Below are positions 26,051 to 38,273 of a stretch of DNA of 64,000 bases, piece after piece. Position 1 is the stretch's first letter. Each line of letters starts with the position of its first letter. This stretch comes from the human T2T-CHM13v2.0 reference genome, Homo sapiens. A program made the position numbers and the translations under genes. The stretch lies in assembly GCF_009914755.1 (NCBI RefSeq), contig NC_060939.1. One strand, written 5' to 3'. The notes under the pieces were generated by a model. The model was not told the origin of the DNA, ran no database searches, and saw nothing but the letters and a program-made list of their open reading frames with translations.

Positions 26051-28653
26051 TGTGAGATTCGGAACCTTAACATTGGGCTGTGTTCATGTGAAAAGATGAC
26101 AATTTTTGCTCTTGGCTCAGTGTACATATGAGTATCACAATCTCACCTTTGTTCTGGGCCCTAGCAGGACACTCTCTTCACCATATGAAGCCTTTATAGA
26201 GTATGCATGAGTGTAACAATTCTCTCTGAAACCTTAAGCAGGCACGGACCCCTCCTTGTACCTTTAGCTTTAAGCCCTGGTATGACAGTCAACATCTTTC
26301 TACTTGGATGGGTCCAAATAAGAGTTCTTAACTGCCTATGAGCTGCGTTTAAAAATGAGTCACCATCCCACCTGTGGCTGGATGTTCACATATGAAAGTC
26401 AGAATCCCAGTTGTGGACTATGTCTGCATGTGTAATTCAGGACCTCAAGAGTGGGCTCTCTCCACATGTGATAGAGACCATCCTGAATATTGGTGTGGTG
26501 TGAATCTGAGAAGTATAATCTCACCAGTGTGCTGAGCCCTTTGGTGACAATTTCTCTACCATAGTTTACACAATATGCAAGACAGTGGTACTCCTCCGTG
26601 TGACGTATCACTGGGTCTTGCACACAGGTAATGTGAGTCTCCTCTCCTGCCTTGGAATGCTCACAGGAGGCATTGGAACATACCACTGAACCTGATATTC
26701 AGGTTATGTGCCTGTCTTTCCTGTGCTCTGTCCATGGGCGTTTGTGACATATTTTTGGGTCCAAAACACAGGCAACATAGCTCTCCTGTCTGGATCCTGC
26801 CTAGAGAGGGCATGGTGGCGTATCCCTGCACCAGCCACCAGATGATGTAACTCTATCTTCTGTCTAGTCCCTGCTTACAGGGTGAATTTTGACTTATCGC
26901 TAGGCGCAGCATTTAGCTAATATGACTCTTCCCTTTTTTCAGGTTCTGCCCACGGGGAAGATTGTGACATATCGATGGGTAAAACACCAAAATGATTTTA
27001 CTCTTTTGTCTTTGTTCTGTCCTTAGAAGGCATTGGGACATATTGCTGAACCAGCACCAAGGTAATGTAAGGGTCCTACCTGAACCCTGCCCACAGGGAG
27101 CATAGTGACATATCTCTGAGCCCATGAACTATTTGATGTGGCTCTATTCTCTTACCTGGACTTTGCCCATGAGAAAGACTGTGACGTATTTCTTGGTCCA
27201 GTGCTTAGGTAATGTGATTCTCCTCTCCAGCCTGAGGCATGCCCACAGAAGTAAGAGTGACATCTCTGGGCCTAGCCCACAGGTGATGTGACTCATCCCT
27301 TCTTTCTGCCCAGGGGAGTCATTGTGATGTATCTCTGAGACCATTATAAGAATGATGTGACTCTCCTGTTCTTACTGCGACCTGTCCACAGTGGGGATGA
27401 TGATGTATCACTTAGGCCAGCACATATGTGGTGAGATTCTTCTCATGCCTGTGCCCTGCCCCCTGGGCTAATTGTGACATATAACTGGGCCCCTCCCATA
27501 GGTTATGCAACATATCCCTGTGATAACACTCTTTGTACCATTTAAGGGCTTTATATAATATAAGAGAGAGTGGTATTCCTCTAAGACCCTCATACAAAGA
27601 GAAGATTTAGGACCTACCGATTTTCCAAAGCCTCACTAGGAAAAACAGCATTTCTCTTAGTGGCAGGTTTGAGGTATGAGAGTCATTATTACACCTGTGA
27701 GCTGGCCAAGATATATGTTTCAATCTCTCCTGTGGGTAGGGAGTGAGCAGGAGAGTCGCATCACCTGGATGCTTGGCCAGAGATCTGTCAATATCTCCCC
27801 TGATGGCAGGGACCAGGTAGGAGAGTCACATACCTAAGGCTGGGCCAGGGATATGTAACAATCTTTTATGAGGTCGGAGGCTAGGAAGGGAGTCCCATCA
27901 CTTGTGTGCTCACCCGGGATATGTTACAATCCCTTCCTGAAATCAGAGTACAAGCAGCAGAGTCAAATCACCTGAATATTGAGCTCAGTGATATGTCACC
28001 ACACTCCCTGTGGGTAAAGCCGTGGCAGGAGAGACACATCACCTGATTACTGATTACTAGGCCCAGTGATATGTCAGAATCTTTCCTGTGGGCAAGGTGC
28101 AGGCAGAAAGGAGAGTCACATCATCTGGTGATGGAGGCAGAAATATGCTACAAGGCAGAAATATGCTCTGCCTCCCTGTGGGCAGAGTTCAGGCAGGAGC
28201 CCCCAATCTCCTAGGTGTTAAGTTCAGTGATATGTTACAATGCTCCCTGTGGGCAGCACAAGTCGAGAGAATAGAGCCACATCACCTAAGTTCTAGGTCC
28301 AATGATATGTCCCAATTTTATTTGTGAGATGGGCTTAAACAGGAGAGTCTACTCACTCAGGTGCTGGACAAATGTGTATGTTTGTCACAATGACACCTGC
28401 AGGAAGTTCTAGACATGGGATGAATCCCGCACATATTCTGGTTTTAGGCATGAGAGTGAACACCTTCTGTATGTTCGATCTAAGTACACAAGTCACTATC
28501 TCAATAGTGGACTAAATTTGTGCATGGCAGCCCCATTTTCTCTTGCAGACTTTCTCCCCTAATTGAAATCACGGCTTCACAGGTGTGCCGACTCATGATA
28601 TGAGAGTCATCAACATATCTGTGACTCTCACATATGAGAGTCAGTTTTTCAAC

Positions 28654-29769
28654 TTTTTTTATTGTACTTTAAGTTTTAGGGTACATGTGCATAACGTGCA
28701 GGTTTGTTACATATGTATACATGTGCCATGTTGCTGTGCTGCTCCTATTATCTCCTCATTTACATTAGGTATATCTCCTAATGTTATCCCTTCCCCCTCC
28801 CCCATCCCACAACAGGCCCCGGTGTGTGATGTTCTCCTTCCCGTGTCCAAGTGTTCTCATTGTTCACTTCCCACCTAGGAGTGAGAACATGCCATGTTTG
28901 GTTTTTTGTTCTTGCGATAGTTTGCTGAGAATGATGATTTCCAGCTTCATCCATGTCCTTACAAAGGACATGAACTCATCATTTTTTATGGTTGCATAGT
29001 ATTCCATGGTGTATATGTGCCACATTTTCTTAATCCAATCTATGATTATTGGACATTTGGGTTGGTTCCAAGTCTTTGCTATTGTGAATAATGCCACAAT
29101 GAACACACGTGTGCATGTGTCTTTATAGCAGCACAGCATGGTACTGGTACCAAATCAGAGTACGTGGTACTGGTACCAAATGGAGCAGAACAGAGCCCTC
29201 AGAAATAGTGCCACACATCTGCAACTATCTGATCTTTGACAAACCTGACAAAAACAAGAAATGGGGAAAGGATTCCCTATTTAATAAATGGTGCTGGGAA
29301 AACTGGCTAGCCATATGTAGAAAGCTGAAAATGGATCCCTTCCTTACACGTTACACAAAAATTAATTCAAGATGGATTAAAGACTTAAATGTTAGACCTA
29401 AAACCATAAAAACCCTAGAATAAAACCTAGGCAATACCATTCAGGACATAGGCATGGGCAAGGACTTCATGTCTAAAACACCAAAAGCAATGGTGACAAA
29501 AGCCACAATTGACAAATGGTATCTAATTAAACTAAAGAGCTTCTGCACAGAAAAAGAAACTACCATCAGAGTGAACAGGCAACCTACAGAATGGTAGAAA
29601 ATTTTTTCAATCTACTCATCTGACAAAGGGCTAATACCCAGAATCTACAAAGAACTCAAACAAGTTTATAAGAAAAAAGCAAACAAACCCATCAACAAGT
29701 GGGCGAGGATATGAACAGACAGTTCTCAAAAGAAGATATCTATACAGCCAAAAGACACATAAAAAAGGC
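28654..29769 (-). mobile_element. 5'-inverted (twin-primed) L1PA4/5-like insertion
   Basis: Antisense 3' end at 28654-29132 and a sense ORF2 piece at 29133-29769. 17-bp TSD tcagtttttcaactttt at 28641 and 29770. Confidence 0.92.
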
Positions 29770-32690
29770 TCAGTTTTTCAACTTTTGAAACTGCCTTTGG
29801 GTATGGGATTCAGAGCCTCAAAAGTGAACTATGATCATGTGAAAGAATGACAATCTTTAATGTTGGCTGGGTGTGCCTCCCAATGTCATAATATTACTGT
29901 GTGCTGAGCCCTATTAGGAGTTTCTGTGTTGCACCTGAGGGCTTTATATGGTATGCATGACAGTCTCAATTCTTTCAGAGATTTTCATGCTGGTATGGAC
30001 CCAGGATCAAACCTGTGGCCCTAAGCCTATATATGAGTCAACATCTTTACAATTGGTGGGGTCCAGATAAGAGAATCATCACCTTTCTATGCGGTGGGTT
30101 TATAACGAAGTTCCCATTCCAACTGTGGCCAGATCTTTACATATGAGATTCGCAATTCCAACTATAAACTGCATTCATGTGTGAAATTCAGGACCTCACA
30201 AGTGGGTTCTGTTTATATGTGAGGGTGAAAATCATAATGGCCAGGAGGGTGCAGGGTGCGCAGAGGAGTAACAAATTTCACCTGTGTGCTGGGCCCTGTG
30301 ATAAGACTCTCTACCACCCGAGGGCTTTCTGTAATATGTGAGAGAGTGGATGATCTTAACGAGGAGACCCAGGGATTTTTTTTTTTTCATTTCCCTAAGT
30401 GTCGGTAGGAGAAGCAGGATCTCTCCTATTGGCTGGTGTGACATATGAAAGTCATCATTGCACCTGTGTGTTGTGTTCCAAGATATAAGTCACAATTACA
30501 CCTTCATATAGGAAGAGAGCAGGAGAGTAAAATCAGTTGGACGCTGGGCCAGGGATATGTCGCTTCCCTGAGAACAGGGACCAGGGAACAGAGACACATT
30601 ACCTGAATGCTCAGGCATGGGTATGTAGCAATCCACTCCTTAAATTAGGAACCAGGCAGCAGAGTCACATCACCTGGGTGCTGGATCTAGCAATATGTTA
30701 CAATCCTCTCTGTGGTCAGGATGCAGGTAGGAGAGTCACATCTCCTTGGTGATGAATGCAGAAAAACGTCACAAGTTTCTCTGTGCATAAGGTAGAGGAA
30801 TAAGCCTTTTATCCCCTAAGTGTTGGGCCCAGGGATATGTCACAATACCCAAAATATGCAAACCCAGGCAAAAGAGAACAGTCACATCACCTTGGTGGTA
30901 GGGTCACTGATATGTCACAATCCCCTCTTTTGGAAGGGCCCAGATAAGAGTGGAGAGTCACATAGCCTAGGCAACGAATAGAAAGGTATGTCATAATACC
31001 CCTGTTGGCAAGACCTATGCAGAAGAGTCACATCACCTATGTGTTCAACCCAGATATATGTTACTGTACACCATGTATGCAGGGCCCAGGCAAGAGAAAA
31101 GGCCACATCACCTCGGTTCTGGGCCCAGCAATATATCACAATACCCCCTAAGAGGAGGTAACAGACAGGAGAGTCACATCACCTAGGTCTGAGGAGCAGA
31201 GCTATATGGTAATGCCCTGTGTGTGTGCACCCCAAAATAGAGGAGAGTTACATCACCTGAAGACTGTACCCAGCTATGTCACAATGACCCCTGTGGGCAG
31301 CACCCAGGCATGAGAAGAGAGCACCATCATGTAGGTGCTGTGCCAGGCTGTATTTCACAATCTCCACTATGGATAGGTTTCAGGGAGAAGAGGACCGTCA
31401 CATCATCTAGTTGATGAGTCTGGAGATATGTCAAAATGAACCCTCTGAAGAGACCAGGATGCAGAATCACATGATCTGTGTGCTGGGTCTAGGAATAACC
31501 CATTCTCCCTTCTGTAAACATGGCCACGCAGAAGATGAGGGTCACATATTTAAGGTGATGAACGCGGAAATATTTCACAAGTCTCCCTGTAGGCAAGACC
31601 CAGACAGGAGATTCCCTTCCCTCAGTTGTTGGGACCAGAAATACATCACAATGTGGGGCTCAAGCAGAAAAACTAAAGAAACATCACCTATTTTTTGAGC
31701 TCAGAATTAGTCACAATCTCTCCTATAGGCAAAGCCTTTGTTAAAAAAGAAGAGTTTTATCAAATAGTTGATGGGCTCAGAGATATGTCCCAATGCCATA
31801 TGTTACAAATTGCTGTACGCAGGCTTCAGGCAGGAGATGGGCCTAATAATGTGTCACAGTGCTTTCTGCTTGCAGGGCAAAGTCAACAGAGTAATGTCAC
31901 CTCGAAGTTGGACCCACCAATGTATCACAATCTCCTTCCAAACAAATCCTATAAAACAAAAGAAGAGTAACATGAGGTAGGTGCTGGGCACAGTGATATG
32001 TCACAATCCTTTCTTTAAGCAGGGACTAGGCAGGAGAAGAAAATCACACCACATGGGTGATGGGCACATAGATATTTCACAATGTCCCCTTAGGCAAAGC
32101 TCAGGAAGGAGAGGTAGATCATCTAGGTTTTGGATGCAACAGTATGTCACAATGGCCATTGTGGCCTGGGCACCGGCAGAAGAGTCACATAACATGGATG
32201 TGAGACCCAGCAATACATCACAACGCCCCGGTGAGTAGCACTAATGCAAGACAGAAAACTTACATTACCTAGGTGCAAGGCCAAGTGATATGTCCCAATG
32301 TCCCCTGTGGGCATCACCAAGGCAGGAGGTAAGAGTCACATAACCTAGGTGCTGGCTTCAGTGATATATCAGAATCCCATCTGTGAGCTGGGCACAGGAA
32401 ACAGAGCTAAAATACTCGGGAGCTGGGCAGAGATGTATGTCACAATCCCACCTGCAGAAAGCGACAGGGATGAGATGAACAACTCCACACATGTCCGGAT
32501 TCCAGGTATGAGAATTTGCATGTTGGGCCTAAGTACACCAGTCTCAATCTCAACAGTGAACTGGATTCATAAATGTGTCTTCTCTGGCTGACCGCGTCCC
32601 CTTAGGAGAGTTACAGTCTCACAGATGTAATGAATTTTGGTTTGAGAGTCACCCACCTACCTGTGGACAAGATCCATATATGAGAGTCAA

Positions 32691-32708
32691 TTTTCTTTTT
32701 TTTCTTTC

Positions 32709-32760
<52 letters not shown>

Positions 32761-32826
32761 TTTTTCTTTTCTTTCTCCCTTTCTTTTCCTTCCTTCCTTC
32801 TTTCTCTTTTTCTTTCTTTCTCTTTT

Positions 32827-32883
<57 letters not shown>

Positions 32884-32910
32884 TTTGCTTTCTTTTTTTT
32901 TTTTTTCTCC
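32691..32910. repeat. (CTTT)n polypyrimidine tract, the expanded tail of the adjacent Alu
   Basis: About 220 bp of almost pure C/T directly abutting an antisense Alu. Confidence 0.95.
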
Positions 32911-33512
32911 CTTGAGATGGAGTCTCACTCTATTGCCACGCTGGAGTGCAGTGGGACGATCTCGGTTCTCTGCAACCTCTGCCTCCTGGGTTCAAGCGAC
33001 TCTCCTGCCTCAGCTTCCTGAGTAGCTGGGATTGCAGGTACATGCCACCATGCCCAGCTAATTTTTGTATTTTTAGTAGAGATGGGGTTGCCAGGCACAG
33101 TGTTCCATGCCCGTAATCCCAGAACTTTGAGAGGTCGAAGTGGGTGGATCACTTGAAGTCAGGAGTTTGACACCAGTCTAATCAATATGGTGAAACCCCG
33201 TCTCTACCAAAAATATAAAAATTAACTGGGCATGGTGACATGAGCCTGTAGTCCCAGCTACTCGGGAAGCTGAGACAAGAGAATTGTTTGAACCTGGGAG
33301 GCGGAGGTTACAGTAAGACTAGATGGTGCCACTGCACTCCAGTCTGGGTGACAGAGCAAGATTCTGTCTCAAAATAATAATAATAAATAAATAGTAGAGA
33401 GGCGGGGTTTCACCACGTTGGCCAGGATGGTCTTGATCTCCTGACCTCGTGATCCACCCGCCTCGGCCTCCCAAAGTGCTGCGATTACAGGCCTGATCCA
33501 CCGCACCCGGCC
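32911..33512 (-). mobile_element. AluSc-like element split by a second Alu
   Basis: Right arm at 32911-33089 and left arm at 33393-33512 (gatctcctgacctcgtgatcc). Confidence 0.88.
33090..33392 (+). mobile_element. AluS nested in the opposite orientation inside another Alu
   Basis: Full Alu with a (taa)n tail and the duplicated target agtagaga..ggggtt at 33075 and 33393. Confidence 0.9.
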
Positions 33513-36500
33513 GGTTGTGCTCATTTTTGAGGATAACTTTTATTGTCACCAGAGTGTGCATGAGTGTTAGAATCTCACCTGTTTGCTGGGCCCTGTTAGG
33601 ACACTATGTACCTCCTATGGGCTTTGTAGAGTATGCATTAAACATAATCCACTCTGAGGTCTTCATGCTGATATGAACCTATGATCATACCTGTGGCCAT
33701 AAGCCCAGGTATGAGAGTCAACATCTCTCCAGCTGGCTGGATTCAGATAAGAGGATCTTTACTTGGCTGTAAACTGGGTTCAGAAATAAGTCACTATCCC
33801 AACTGTGACTGGATGTTCACATGTGGTAGTTACAATTCCAGCTGTGGACGGCACTCAGGTATGAGGTTTAGACCTCCCTAATCACCTCTGTTCCTGTGTA
33901 GGAATGAGAATTCTGATGATTGGTGGGTGTGCACACAGAGAACACAATCTCACCTGTGTTCTGGGCCCTGTGATGACACTGTACCATCTGAGTGCTTTAC
34001 AGGATATGCAAGAGTGCTTATTTTCTCTGACCTTCATAGTAAGAGAAGACCCATAATTTTGCACATTTTGTAAAGCCTGGATATGAGACAAAGTATCTCT
34101 CCTATTGGTTGGTTTAAGGTATGAATGTCATCATCACACCTACATGCTAGGCCAAAATATATGTGACAATCTCACATTTGAGTAGTCAGCAAGCAGGAGG
34201 GTCTCATCACCTGGGTCATTGTCAGGGATATGTCACATTCTCCCCTGAGGACAGGGACAAGGCAAGAAAGTCACATCCCTAGGTATTCTGCCAGGGATAT
34301 GTTCTTGTTCCCTCCTGAAAGCATGACACATGCAGCAGAGTCACCTCACCTGGGTTCTGGGTCCAGCGATATGTCACAATTTTCCCTGTGAGCAAGGCAC
34401 AGGCAGGAGAAACACATCACCTGTTTGCTGGGCCCAGAAATATGCTACAGTTTTTCTTGTGAGCAGGGCTCAGGCAGAAATGGGGGAATCACATTTTCTA
34501 GGTGATAAATGCAGAGCTATGTCACAAGGTCCCCAGTAGTCAGGGCCTTGGCAGAAGATTCCTATTGTCTAGGCGATTGGCCCAGTGATACAACACAATA
34601 GCTAAATTATGCAGGGCCCAAGGCAAAGAGGAGAGTTGCATCACCTAAGTGATGAACAAAAAGATATGTCATAATACCCAGGTGGAAATGGGCCATGCAG
34701 GTAAGTCACACTACCTAGGTGTTGGACCCAGTGATATGTCACAATACACAATATATGCAGGGCCCAGCCAAGAGGGGAGAGTCAAATCACCCAGGTGCTG
34801 GGCCCGATGATACATTGTAATCTGTCTTTGGTCAGAGCCCTAGCCGTAGAAGAAACTCACATCACCTCCATGCTGAGGTCAGCCATATGTCACAATAACC
34901 CTGAGAAATGAGCCCAGGAAAAGAGTCACATCATTTAAGTGAGAGGCCCATAGATATTTTCAATTCCTCCTGTGGGTAGTCCTCAGTAAAAAGACAGTCA
35001 CATTAGTTAGAGTCTGTCCCCAGCGATGTGTAAGAATCCCAGCTGTGAACAGGCACCAGACAGGACAAGAGAGTCCCATCACCTGGGTGAACAGTGCACA
35101 GATATGTCACAATGACCCCATGTAGGTAAAGTCTAGACAAGAGTTACATCACCTGGGTGTTGGACCCAGCAATATGTCACAATGGCTCATGTGGGCAAAG
35201 CACAGGACACAGTCATATAACAAAGTGCCAGGACCAGTGTTAGGTCAGGATACCCTTTATGGGCAGTGCCAAGACAGGAGATTAGAAGCATATTAATTAG
35301 ATGCTGGATTCAAGGATATATCACAATCTCATCTGTGGGCTACACCCAGGCAAAAAAGTCAAATCACTCAGGAGCTGGCTAGAGGTGTACGTCAGAATCA
35401 CACCTGCAGGAAGGTCCATGGATGAGATTAACAATCCCTCATAAGTGCCAGTTCTGGATATGAGAGTGAACGCCTCCTGTATGTTGTATCTATGTGCATA
35501 AGTCACAATCTCAATGGAGGAATGGGTTTTTTCCATGAGAGCCTTAATCCCTTTTGAAAACTGAGTTATCTTAGTGGACTCACAGCCTCACAAGTGTTTT
35601 GGATCTTGGTCAGGGAGTCACAAACCCACTTAAGGACAACATCCACTTATTAGAGCCAATTTTCCAACTTTTGACTGCCTCTGGGTGTGAGTTTCAGAAC
35701 CTCAATTATGGTCCATGTTCGTGTGGGAGAATGACAATTTTGACAGATGGCTGGGCTCAGGCAGGAGCCTTTCATCCTGCAGGTGTTGAGACAAAGGATA
35801 TGATACAACACCTAAAATATGCTGGGTGCAGGCAAAAGAGGAGACTCATATTAGCTGGTTGCTAGGTCCAGTTATATGTCACCACCTCCCTTTTTGGCAG
35901 GGCTAAGGAAAAAGAGGGGAGTCAGAGCTAAAGAAATGTCATAATGTCCCTGCGGGTAGGACCTATGCATGAGAGTTGCATCACCTAGTCATTGAACCCA
36001 GCCATATATTATAATACACAATGTATACAAGGCCCAGGCAAGAAAGGAGAGAATATCACATAGGTACTGTGTCCAGCAATATGTCACCATACCCCCCAGA
36101 GGGGAGGCTCCAGGCAACAGGATAACATTACCTAAGTGAAGTGCCCAGAGAGATGTTTCAATGACCCTGGTGGGTAGGATTTTGAAAAACGAGAAGTTAC
36201 AGAACCTAGGGGCTAGGCCTAGCTATGTGTCACATTCATCTCCAAGACGGAGCCCAGACATGAGAGAAATGTCACATGATGTAGGGCATGTAATATGTCA
36301 CAATCCTTATGTGAGCAGGCCCTAGGAAGAAGTAGAGAGTCACATAGTCTAGATGATGGGCCCAGAGGCATTTGACAATGACTCCTGTATGTATGGACCA
36401 GGCAGAAGAATCACATCACCCCTGTGCTGTTCCCAGTTATAAGTCACACTTCCTTCTGTGGGTATGCCCCAGGCAAGGAGAAGAGTCACATCATCCCGGT

Positions 36501-38273
36501 GCTAGACCCAGGGATATGTCACAATCTCTCTTATGGGCAATGCTCAGGTAAGAGAGGAGAGTTGCATCAAATAGATGATGGACCCAGAGGCATGTCACCA
36601 TGCCTTCTGTGAACTCGATCCAGGCAGAAGATTCACATCATCAACTTGGTGCTAAGCCCAGCAACGTGTCACAATCCCTTCTGTGTAAAGGGACCAGGCA
36701 GGAGAAGAGAATCACATTACCAGGCTGATGAGCACAGAGATATGTCACAATGCCCCTGTAAGGCACGGCCCAGGCAGTTTGGCTACATCGCCTGAGTAGT
36801 GGACCCAGCAATATAACACAGTGTCCCATATGGGCAGTGCACAAGCCGGAGAGTCACATAACCTGGATGTGAGGCCAAGCTATATATAACAACGCTTCCT
36901 GTGGGCAGCGCCAAGGCAGAAGAGGAGACTCACATCTCCGGGTGCAAGGCCTAGCGATATGTCAAAATGCTCACTGTGGGCAGTGCCAAGGAAGGAGAAT
37001 AGAGTTACACCCTCAATGTGCTGGATCCATCAATATGTTAATATCCCATCTGTGGGCTGGGTCCATGTGAGACCATCAATTCACTCAGGTGCTAGGCACC
37101 GGCAAATTTCACCATGAAAGCTGCAGAATGGTCCAGGAATTAGATTAACAATCCCACAACTGTCTCAGTTGTAGGCATGACATTCAACACCTCCTGTATG
37201 TTGGGTCTAAGCTCACGAATAACCCTCTCAACACCAGACTGGATTTGTGCATGAGAGTCTCAATTCCTCTGCAGAATGACCTGTGTTCCTGTGAGAGGAT
37301 GACAATAGTTACTGTTGGCTGGGTGTGCATATGAGTGTCACAATCTCACCTGTGTGCTCGGCCCAGTTAGCACGCTCTGTGTACTACCCAATGGCCCTAT
37401 ACACTATGCATGAGAGTCGTAATCAACTTTGAGACCTTCCTAATGGTAGGGACCCATGATCGTACTTGTAGCATTAAGCCCGGTGTGAGAGTCAACATCA
37501 TTACAATTAACTAGGTCAGGATAGGAGAGTCCTCCCTTGCCTATGAGCTGAGTTTAGATGTGGGCCACCATTTCAACTCTGGTTGAATGTTTATATATGA
37601 ACACGGGCCTAACACCGAGGTGATGTGAGTCTTTGGCCTAGACACTTCAAGCAGAAGGCAAAGTGACATATCTCTGGGTATATCAACTATTTGATGTGAC
37701 CTTCCTTTTTTACCTGAGCTTTCCCCATAAAAGAGATGTGACATATGTCTAGACCAAGCACCTGGGTGATGTGACTCTCCTTTATTGACTGAGCCCTGTG
37801 TATTTTGGGTATTCTGACGTATCCCTGGACCTAACTTCTGGAAGATAAGAAGATCCAACATGGGCCCTGCCTAAAAAGTTTCTTGTGACAAATTTCTACA
37901 TGAATCACCTTGGAGATTTGACTCTCCTGTCTTACCCGAGTTTTGCCCATAAGAGAGATTGTTACTTACCTCTGCAGCAAGCACCTAAATGCTGTGGCTC
38001 TTCTTTCTTGCCCGGGTCATGCCCAGAGATGAAAGAGTGGCTTATCGCTGTGTCCAGCACACCGGTTATGTGATTATGCTGCCTGATCTCTGCTCACAGG
38101 AGCCATTGTGACATATCCCTGGGCCCAGAAACTATTTAACACGACTATCTTCAATGACCTTAACTTGGTGCCTGGGATAAGTTGTGACATATCTCTGGAT
38201 CCAGCACCTAGGTGATGCGACTCTCCTTTTCTACATGGGCTATGCTTACAAGAAGGAGGCTGACTTATTGCTG

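Larger units (their letters stand above)
26051..38273. repeat. Diverged composite beta satellite (~68-72-bp monomers plus repeated spacer blocks, both orientations)
   Basis: Repeated gagtcacatcacctgggtg..gatatgtcacaat. A near-consensus BSR/beta unit lies at ~35080-35160. Reversed blocks at ~26600-27500 and ~37600-38273. Confidence 0.88.

Noticed and set aside
32575-33021. 148-aa FLSF-rich and 105-aa KERK-rich ORFs
   Set aside because: They are translations of the (CTTT)n tract and Alu.
26051-38273. CRISPR-like repeat-spacer array
   Set aside because: These are degenerate beta-satellite monomers with related spacers in primate DNA, and there are no cas genes.
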